Shown: positions 44,033-53,600 of the stretch, piece after piece
Position numbering within the stretch: position 1 is the first letter of the stretch
Layout of the letters: the number at the start of each line of letters is the position of its first letter
Source of the DNA: a virus
Reading direction: 5' to 3' (one strand)
Virus record (IMG/VR): IMGVR_UViG_3300045993_001028
Length of the DNA: 64,000 nt
Program-made: the position numbers and the translations under genes
The notes under the pieces: generated by a model
Told to the model about the DNA's origin: nothing
The model's database searches: none
Seen by the model: only the letters and a program-made list of their open reading frames with translations

Positions 44033-45310
44033 ATGCCCAAGGTCGACCTCCACAGCCTCCAGGTCCAGGTCGCCGCGGCGAGGGCTCGCGTCCGGGCGAG
44101 CAAGACCGACGCGACCATGCGAGCCCTGCGCGACGCCGAGCGGGCGCTGGCGATGACGACCACGGCGCGCAGCAGCGGCGCGGTGCCGAACCCCTACATG
44201 GGCGGCACGCACCGGGACCTGTTCGCGCCGTCGCCATCGCGGTACTCGACGATGACCGAGACGGGCCTCGCCGAGGGCTTCCCCGACCTCCACAAGCGCA
44301 CCGAGGCGTGGATCATCGGCCGCAAGGACGAGAAGCTCCAGCACGAGGCCGGCACGCCGAAGTTCGTTCCGCTCGACGAGCTCTTCGAGGACCAGATCCG
44401 CGCCCTTCCGCGCGAGGCCTTCACCGACGCCGAGTGGCAGCAGCTCACCGACGAGGACCGCGAGCACATCCTCGATGAGGGCGTCGTCCAGGGCAGGGAC
44501 GGCCGACCCGACACCGCTTACACCGCGGCGAACCGGCTCTTCTCCCTCTTCGAGGACGCCGAGGCAAGCGCCAAGGCAGCCCGACATGTCGAGGTCGGCA
44601 ACGAGGGCGCCGAGATCCAGGCCCACAGCCTCGACGTCGACGAGATCGAGGACGCGGTCAACGGCTCGGACCTCGACATCGACGAGCTCGTCAAGGGCTA
44701 CGACTTCAACCCGGAGACGATCAGGCACCAAGTCTACGAGAAGATCATCGAGCTCCTCGAGGGCAACAACTCCTGCGTCGACTACGAGATCCGCGACTAT
44801 CACTCCCATCGCGGCGCCTTCAGGAGCCACCGCATCGAGGCGAACGCCTGGGTGAACCGCGAGGAGATCACCCCGTTGGTCGAGCAACTCTTCGACGAAG
44901 AGCTCGATCTTGTCGTCGAACGCATCAACGGCGAGCTCGAGTGGTGGGACGTCAACGTCCGCGAGCTCAAGCAGACGACCGGCGACGGCATCGAAACCAA
45001 CAACCACTGGACCGACAAGTGGGACTGCGCGTTCGTCGACTGGCTTCAGGTCGAGATAGAGCTCGAGGCGTGGATCGAGGAGGAGTTCAACGAGAAGGCG
45101 GACCCCCTCGCCGAGGCTCGCGAGGTGCTCGGGTTCGACGAGGACGAAGAGCTCACCCGCCGCGACGTGAGCAGGCGTAAGCGCGAGCTCGCGTTCGATG
45201 CGAACCCCGACCGCGGCGGGAGCCTCGAGAAGATGAAGAAGATCAACAACGCCGCCGACGTCCTGCTGGCTTCGATCCCGAAGCAGAACCCGCGAAGGAG
45301 CCGGTCGTGA
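44033..45310 (+). CDS. Acidic protein with C-terminal J-like domain (NPD instead of HPD)
   Basis: ATG44033 5 nt after TAGGAT; AREVLG..RKRELAFDANPDRGG..MKKINNAA; ends KQNPRRSRS. Confidence 0.8.
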   Translation: MPKVDLHSLQVQVAAARARVRASKTDATMRALRDAERALAMTTTARSSGAVPNPYMGGTHRDLFAPSPSRYSTMTETGLAEGFPDLHKRTEAWIIGRKDEKLQHEAGTPKFVPLDELFEDQIRALPREAFTDAEWQQLTDEDREHILDEGVVQGRDGRPDTAYTAANRLFSLFEDAEASAKAARHVEVGNEGAEIQAHSLDVDEIEDAVNGSDLDIDELVKGYDFNPETIRHQVYEKIIELLEGNNSCVDYEIRDYHSHRGAFRSHRIEANAWVNREEITPLVEQLFDEELDLVVERINGELEWWDVNVRELKQTTGDGIETNNHWTDKWDCAFVDWLQVEIELEAWIEEEFNEKADPLAEAREVLGFDEDEELTRRDVSRRKRELAFDANPDRGGSLEKMKKINNAADVLLASIPKQNPRRSRS

Positions 45311-46799
45311 AGAAGCGCAACCCGTTCGACGATCCCGAGCCGCCCGGCGAGCCGCTCCGCGATCTCTCGCCCGCTGCCCAGAGGCTCTTCGACTACATCG
45401 ACGACCGGCTCGAGAAGCTGCAGGCCCACGTCGAGGAGGACGAGCGGTTCGAGGACGACGAGCTGGCGCCCCTTCACGGCCAGGCGGATCTCGAGAAGGT
45501 CATCCAACGGGAGTGGGAGGGGCTCGTCACGAGCTGGTGGAACGAGATCCTCGAGCACATGAAGGGCAAGATCCGCTTATCCTCCCTCGGGAGCGAGGAC
45601 GAGGCGACCGAGCTCGTGTTCCAGGCGGTCAGCGACGCGATCAAGGACACCAACCTCTACGCCTGGGAGCTCTCGCGTAGCAACACCCCGGGGAAGTCGA
45701 TCAGCATCACCCCGATCAGAATCAGCCAGGAGATCGAGTTCTACGAGATCGCGGACCTGCTCGAGGCATGCACGGGCTCTACGCCCGCGCGACTCTCAAG
45801 ACCGAGGACGTCGCCCAGGCCGCGGTCAAGTCCCTCACCGCGGCGATCTTCCGCGATCCTGAGGAGGCGCGCGACCCCGAGGCCCGCAAGATGTTCACCT
45901 GGCCCGACGGGTTCTACGTCATCAACCTGCTCCCCAGCGAGCTCCCGCTCGAGGGGAGCATCCAGGGGATGTGCGTCGGCAGGCCCGAGTTCGGCTACGC
46001 CCGCGCCGTCCGCGCCGGCGATTTGCAGATCCACTCGCTGCGCCGCGCCAGCGGCAAGCCCCTCTTCACCTTCGAGGTGAAGCTCAACGAGTTCGACAAC
46101 CCGAGCGAGATCGCGCAGATCAAGGGCAAGGCGAACCGGCTGCCCGGGTTCGACCTCGGCAAGACGCGCATCGAGGACATGCGATCGATCAAGCGTGATG
46201 AGGTCGAGCGCGCCCTCGCCTACGTCGCCCGCCTTGGCCTCACGATCGACCGCGTCGTCGAAGACCTCAACCCCGCTATCCTTGCGCTCAACCACCTCGC
46301 GCGCAACGGTGACGCCTGGGGTCGCAAGATGATCAACACCTACAAGATCCCCGCGTGGATGCCGGGTCGCATCGAGATCGGAATGATCATCCAGGGGCTT
46401 CGATGGATCGCCGCCATCGTCGATGGCGATGACTTGCCGCGTCAGATCAATCGCTTCATCGCTCACGTCGATCGCGCCGGTTTCGTTCCCGAAGAAAACC
46501 ACAGCTTCGTCGGGAGCGCGCGGGTCCCGCCGCCGCGCGAACGTGGCGTGGCTAAGCCCTACTTCTCCGGCCCCTGCGTAACCCCCGACGGGGTCACCGT
46601 CCGGCCCGGCGAAAAACTCGGCATCGTCGTCACCGTGAACCGCGACGAAGTCCTCGAGGCGATCGTGGACATTGTCGGCGAGGAGATCACGTTCGACGTC
46701 GACAACGGTCCCGTCTCCCAGCAGCTCGCGGACTTCTTCGGCCCGTTTGACGAGGACAAGAAGGAGAACCCCGCTACCCGACGCCGAGCAGGTCGCTGA
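45307..46799 (+). pseudogene. Probable single gene split by a frameshift near 45765, with a PcfJ-like domain
   Basis: Frame 1 (MKKRNP..EIADLLE) loses codon bias at ~45766; the -1 frame continues MHGLY..LEGSIQGMCVG..IHSLR..TFEV..QIKGKAN. Confidence 0.6.
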
Positions 46800-47616
46800 C
46801 CATCTTCGAGCCGACCGCGGCGAGCTCGTCGGCGTTCGTCGCGTCGACGTAGCCCGACGCCGTGTTCACCGAGGTCCAGCCCATGTGCGTCATCAGCTTG
46901 ATGAGGCTCTGCGGGTCGCGGTCGAGGGCGCGGACGTAGTAGGTCGCGTAGGTGCGGCGCAGCCGGTGCGGGTGTAGCCCCTCGATCTTCAGCTCGCGCG
47001 CGATGGCGGCGAGCGCCCGGCGGACCTTGCGCGGCTGCGCGTCGCCGTGGTCGATGACGAGGTCGCGGACGTGCCCCCACCGCGGCAGGTCGGCGAGCTC
47101 GCGGAGGGGCTCGAGGATGGGCGTGGCGTCGTACTCGATGCGCCGGGCGCCCTTGGCCTCGAACGACAGCTTGCCCGTGCGGAGCGCGGTCTGGACGTCG
47201 CGGCGGGCCAGGCGTAGCACGTCGCCGCAGCGGAGGCCGCGCAAGGCCATGATCAGCAGCACCGCTCGCAGGGCGCCGGGCTCGGTGCCCTGGAGGTGGA
47301 GGATCAGCCGGCGCCAGTCGTCGCGGGCGAGTTCGACCTTGGTTGCCACCCGGATGGCCGGCGGCAGCTTGATCTGCGCCAGGCGCTTCGTGAGAGCGGC
47401 GTCCTCGGCGTAGACGGCCCAGGACCGCAGGGCGGCCAGGTAGACCCGGCGGGTCTTGGGGGCCAGGTGGCGGTCGATCAGCCGCCCGGTGGGGCCGCCG
47501 GCGAGCGTGGCGCTCTGCCGCAGGCAGGACAGGTACTGCTGGATGGTCAACTCGGCCCGGCCGTGCTCGCGGAGCCAGGTCGCGTAGGCGGGCAGGGACG
47601 ACGAGGAGAGGTCCAC
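46774..47616 (-). CDS. Tyrosine recombinase (XerC/integrase family)
   Basis: GLRCGDV, HPHRLRRTYA, HMGW...SGY; start GTG47616. Confidence 0.9.
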   Translation of the reverse strand: MDLSSSSLPAYATWLREHGRAELTIQQYLSCLRQSATLAGGPTGRLIDRHLAPKTRRVYLAALRSWAVYAEDAALTKRLAQIKLPPAIRVATKVELARDDWRRLILHLQGTEPGALRAVLLIMALRGLRCGDVLRLARRDVQTALRTGKLSFEAKGARRIEYDATPILEPLRELADLPRWGHVRDLVIDHGDAQPRKVRRALAAIARELKIEGLHPHRLRRTYATYYVRALDRDPQSLIKLMTHMGWTSVNTASGYVDATNADELAAVGSKMVSDLLGVG

Positions 47617-47621
47617 GCCCC

Positions 47622-47643
47622 ACCCTATCACCCGTGATAGCCT
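47622..47643. promoter_or_regulatory. Back-to-back extended -10 elements forming palindrome CTATCAC-CC-GTGATAG
   Basis: Minus: TGaTAGGGT-5nt-GTG47616; plus: TGaTAGCCT-7nt-ATG47651. Confidence 0.75.
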
Positions 47644-47650
47644 CTGGGGC

Positions 47651-50600
47651 ATGCGTCGTGCGATGATCCCGAACCCGCCGCCCCGGAACGCCCGCTACAT
47701 CATCCGGCGGCAAGGCGAGGCGGACAGCCACGAGTTCCGATCGCTCCCAGACGCGATCGAGATCGCCCGCGACGACGGCAGCGAAGACGGCGGTGACATC
47801 TGGATGTACCCGGCGGGGTGGCCCGACGGCGCCGTGCTGATCGCGTCCTACGGGCACGACGACGACATCACCACGATCGAGATCCGCCGCCCCGACGACA
47901 TCAAGCCCGCCGACCTGCGGGAGCTCGCGGCCAACGGCGACACCAGCGTGGTCATGCCCGGCGGCCAGCCCTACGCCCCGCCGGCGCGGCGCACCCGGGC
48001 CGCCGCGGCGCCGACCGGCGCCCGGCGCCTCACCCGCGCCGAGATGACCGCGGTCATCAACCGGCGCATCAGCCTGGTCGACGCGATCGTTGGCGCGCTC
48101 GCGGCGGCGGACCTGCCGGTCGACAGCGTGCCGCGGCGCAAACGGTTCGCCGCCCGCCCGAACCGCCGCACCGGCCTCGTTCATGTCGACCTCGAGATCA
48201 GCATCCCGGGCAACACGCTCGTCGTGAAGCTCGCGTTTGAGCGCAACTCGTCGACGTACACCCCGACGGTGACGTGGGCCGGTGACGACGACGAGGACGT
48301 CGAGATGCCGATGCTGGCGAGCCTGGGCGACGTCGCGCGGATCGTCTCCGCGGTGCAGCGGGCCCGGGACGCGGCGGCGCATGGCGCGCAGATGGAGGCG
48401 CTGGAGGCGCCCGAGCGGACCGGATCCCCCGAGGCGACGCCGATCACGCCCACGATGCTTAGGCACATCCGCAACCGGATGTCGGCGGCTTCGGCGTTCT
48501 ACGAGCGCGAGACGGACCACGACACCGAGGAGGGCGACATCATCCTGGGTTCCGCCATCGACGAGCTGCACACCGCGCTCGCGGGCGAGTTCACGCACCT
48601 CACGTTTCCCGACGTGGAGATCGAGCACGACAACTGGGTCTGGACCACCATCGACCAGGGGGGGCGCATCACCCGCGTTGTGAACACGCACCACGCGGCC
48701 GGCGGCTACGGCATGCTGCCGCGCGAGTTCTATCTCCGCGTCGAGAACGACGGGAGCAGCTCGTTCCACCGTGCCGACCCTGGCGGCGCCGACGCTTCCG
48801 ACGCCGGACGCTGGTCGGGCACCGAGGGCATGAACATGGTGGGCACCTCGAACGACCTCGAGGAACTCATCGCGCGCCTGCGCAACGACCGCGACATGCT
48901 CGAGGCGGGCGCGGCGCGCGTTCAGCGGGCGATCGACTCGGTGACGCCCGCCGCTTGGGCCATCGGGCGCGAGATCGGTGCGCCCGAGCCCGCTGATCCG
49001 ACGATCAACGACCGCGAGCTGCTCGACCTCATCGACTCCCTTGGGTTCACGCGCCCCGAGGGCGACCGGATGTCGATCCGCCGGAACGGGCAGCGCGGAC
49101 GGCTGACGATCAACATCAGCGATGAAAACGAGCACCGCTACCGCATCCGATGGGAGGGCGTCGCCGGCATCTACGTCGGGCACGTCTGCACGGGTGACGA
49201 CGTCCAGCGGATCGGCGTGTGGCTCCGGTCGATTGCGAACCTCACGCCGCCGCACAGCATCTACGAGCAGCGGTTCCACGAGGACGAGCTCCGCGTGATG
49301 ATCGAGGCCAAGCTGCCGCCGGGCGCGCACCTGGGCCCGTGGATCGAAGCCAACAACCGCGCCGGCACGACGAAGGCGCGCATCTACCGCGGGTCCGCGC
49401 CGGGCTCGTCGAACGCCGAGATCGACGTCCACATCGAGTGGAGCCAGCCGGTCAACAATGTCTACCCGGGCACCATCATCTGGCCGACGCAGATCGGCTT
49501 CACGACCGCCGGCCACACGCCCGGCATCGGCGACGAGGACGACTGGGACCTGCTCGAGACGATCGACGCCGACGACGGCGAAACCCTGGGCGAGTGCCTT
49601 GACGGCATCCTCGACGGCGTCGACATCGGCCGCAAGCTTGATGCGGCGTCGACCAGCTTCAACCGCGAGCTCATCCTCGAGCGGCTGCGGATGCTCGACG
49701 GCGAGATCGACTGCTTCGACACGACGCCCGACATGACGCACTGGTACGGGACGGCACCGTTTTCGTCGCACTTTGCGATCACGCTGCGGGGCGGGGTGCC
49801 GCGAAGCATCCGGATCGAGACGTCGTTCGAGCCGATCACGGGCGAGGTCGTCGGTGTGACCGCCCGCGTTTACACCATCAGCGACGGCACGCTCCTCGCG
49901 TCGCCGACGATCGCGCCGCCGAACCTCGGCACGGACGGGTACTGTGCCTACATCGTGGCGTGGGTCCGCGGGCTTGCCACGGGCGGCACCGCTGGCGCCA
50001 CCGCAGCCGTGGCGTCCTTCGTGCCCCGTGCCGACGGCAGCGCCTCCGTCATCGAGGCTGTGCGCGAGTCCTTCGCCACCACCGTCGCCGATCCGACGCC
50101 CCGCGTGGTGCCGCCGGCTGCGCGGTCGTTCCTCTCGAACGTCGAGGACCGCGACGGGTGGCGCGACTTTGGCCTGACGACCGTCGGATCGAAGGCCCTG
50201 CTGCGCATCGGCACCCGCAACTACTGGTTCTGGTGGCGCGACGACGAGGTCCACATCGGTCAGGGCCCCGTCTCGCCGCGCCAGCCGGCGGTCGAGGAGC
50301 TCTACGTCACCGCTGAGTGGGGAGGGGCCGAGGACGCCGCCCTCCAGGTTGCGGACGGGCTCGTGAGCAACGGCGGCGGGGATGTGCGCGGCGCGGCTCT
50401 AACCGCCAGCGCCGGCTCCGGCCTCGTGCGCCAAGGCGCCGGCGCCGCCCCGCCTGCTGACGCCATCGCCGAGGTCCGTGCCAGCCTCGCCCGCCTTGGG
50501 ATCCGCCTGCTGAACGGCGCTCCTGACGCGGACGGGGCGGTGCGCTTCCACAACGGCATGCTCGTCCGCGCTCCGGCGGGATCGCGCTCAACGCGGCGCC

Positions 50601-53600
50601 CCGGCTTCACCGAGATCACGCCGCAGCCTGACGGATCGTTCCAGGTCGCGGTCCTGAGCGACGATGGCACCACCCTCGTCCCCTCCTCGCTGCCGAGCGT
50701 GGCGACCGTCGTCGGCCTCATCGAGGCTCTCCGCAACACCGCTCGCCCCAGCGGGGACCAGGAGTTCGACGCGCAGCTCGACCGCGGCGGGCTGTTCTTC
50801 CAGTGGCTGCTCGCCGCGGACGTCGGGTCACGCGATCCAACGGACCACACCGCCGGCGTCATGGGCCTGCGCGACCTGCTGTGCCCTCACGACGACGGCG
50901 CGGTCGGCGTCACCCGCCACCGCACCACGCAAGACGGCAAGGTGGTGCAGCTCCGCTGTGACTTCCCGACCCGCGTCGACCTGTCGATCAACTACCCGCC
51001 CGGTGCTCCCGCGCAGATCCTCATGCAGAGCTACGACGTCCCGCAGTGGGGCGGGAGCCCGAGCGTCAGCCGCACCTCGCACGACATCACCCCCGACTTC
51101 CTCGACGCCGTGCGCGCCGTCCTGGCGAACGACCTCGCGGCCTATCGCGCCGCGGCCGGGCGGGTCGCGAACGCCGCCGCGTATCCCGCGGCGCCTCCGG
51201 TGACCTCCACCCCTGCACCCCCGGCCGGAGACGGCATCCCCGCGCACCTCGTCGACCGGCGCAGCGACCTCGAGCTCGACCTCGAGCTCCTCGAGGCGTG
51301 GGTCGGCGAAACCAGCGGCGCCGTCACCCTCCGGGTCATCGAGCGCACCGCCACCCGCGCCACCGTCTACCTCGGGACCGAGAACGGCTTCCTCCAGGTG
51401 ACCAGGAGGTCCGACGCCACGCTGTGGACGGGCATCGAGGGTCGCCACGGCGAGGAGCGGTCCGATGAGCTGGACAACGCCGACGACGACGGCGTCAGCT
51501 TCCGCAACCTCGCCGCGATGCTCTACCACCTCACGCACCGCACCATGCGGCACCGGGACCAGTTCCCGACGGTGCCGCTGACCGCGTCGAACGCGAACCG
51601 CGCGATGCGTGCCTCGTTCCCGCTGCCCGAGATCCGCCTCGAAGGGCTCCCCGGTCGCTTGCTGCCCCAGGCAGTAGTCGAAGTCCTCGAGGATCTCAAC
51701 TTCCCGGTCGTGCCGAACGATCACGGCACCAGCAGCAACGTTGGCTCGTTCGACGTCTACGTCACCGCGCCGGGCTCCACGGCGCCGCGTGGCTGGGTGA
51801 ACCTCCGCACCACCGCGAACGGGATCTCGCTCTCGACGATCAACGGCGTCACCGAAGTCTCCGAGGCGACCCTCCCCGAGTACCTCGTCCGCGTGCAGCG
51901 AGGAGAGGCGGCACTGCGTCGCCCCCTCGGCATGCACTTCGCGGGAGCCCTCGATCAGTTCCTCCTCCGAAACGACCTCTACCTCGCGCCGCCGGTCGAC
52001 AACAACGCGCGTCGGCGCACCGGCGACATGACGCCGCTGCGCGACGTGTACAGGCTCGTCCGCCCCGACGGCACGGCGACCGGCGTGGAGATCACGAAGA
52101 TCGACGACAACCTGTTCACGCTGTACATGGACGGCGCCCTGCGCGGCAACCGGGCGTTCTTCTCGCCCGACGAGAGCTACCACAGCCGCGTCCACTCCAG
52201 AGGGGACGCCTTCGCCGCGATCGAGCGGTTCCTGGCCGGCGGCGGCAACGAGGCCCCCGACGTGGCCGCGCCGCGCCAGGTCACCGGCCTGGTCCAAGGC
52301 GCCTCTATGGCGCCCATCCAGCCGTTCCTCACCTTCGCCGAGCGCGCCGGCGTCAACATCAACGACCTGCGCCGGCTGCTCGTGACCACGAACGCGCACC
52401 CGTCGCCGAACCATCCGACCAGGGACTTCGACCGCGACGGCGGCGACCTCCTGGCCGACATCACCATCGCGCTCGCGATGCCGCTCACGCCGGGTGGCCC
52501 TTCGGAAGAGGTGATGATCAGCCCCCAGCAGAGGCGGCGGTCGTTCTGCATCTACGGGGCCCACCGCGGCGAGCAGCACGTCCACGCCACCGACCTCGTC
52601 GCCTGGCTCGAGGCCCGCGGCGTGACCGGCCGCGCCCGCACGGCGCCGGCCGCGCCGGCTGGACCGCCGCCGCGCCGCCGCCAGATGGCGTCGGCGGCAC
52701 CGCTCATGGCTCGCGTGAGCGAGGAGTACGGGCTGTCGTTCCGGCAGCTCCTGCTCGATGCGATCCCGGGCGCCTGGTACTACCCCGACGACAACGAGCT
52801 CGCCTTCCCGATCAGCGGCAACCGCGAGGCGTCCCTCGTGTTCGACGAGGGCTACGACCCCGAGCGGCGCGTGCTGACGCGCTCGGGCGCGTTCTCGATC
52901 TTCACCCAGGACGGGGACACCCTGCTCTCGGGCGCCGACCTCGGGACGACGCTGCGCGAGCTCCGGCTGCTGACCGGAGCGCGGGCGCCGGCGCCGACGG
53001 TCACCGCGGCAGCCCCGCGGCCCGCCGAGGCCGCGCAGCGCGACGCGCTCGCCGAGCTCGCCGCGGCCTCGCGGCAGACGCCCATGTCGCGCCTGTCGCC
53101 GAACCACCAGTACCCGACCATCTTCGAGTCCCAGGCGAACTTCGAGGCGCACCCGTCCGGCAACCGCGTGACGTTCCAGATCGGCGCGGAGCGGATCACC
53201 GTCAACGTCGAGCACGACAGCGCCGCGGTGCGCGTCGGCAGGCCGCGCTACCGCGTCGACGCCCCCTACGGCAGCGGGTTCAGCGGCAGCTTCCTGACCG
53301 CCGAGGAGATGCTGGAGCACCTCCGGCTGCCTCGCTTCCCCGGCGAGGAGGCGGCGGTGCCGGACGTCCTCGACATGCCGCGGATCAACGAGCCGCTGCT
53401 CGGGGCGCTCGTCGACGCGCTCTCGACCCGGCGCAACCTCTTCGTTCACGCGCCGAACCTGCGGGGCGCGCCGACGTGGCTCGCGAGGATCGCGGCCAGG
53501 CTGCTGGGGCCGAACGTGCCAGCGGTCCTCCTGTCGGGGCGCCAGAGCGAGGACAACTGGAACATCGAGTCGGCCCGCGGCGGCGTGCTGTTCCTGCCGC

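Noticed and set aside
45681-45770. Programmed -1 frameshift at ccg ggg aag
   Set aside because: Does not fit X XXY YYZ, and 0-frame codon bias continues to about 45765
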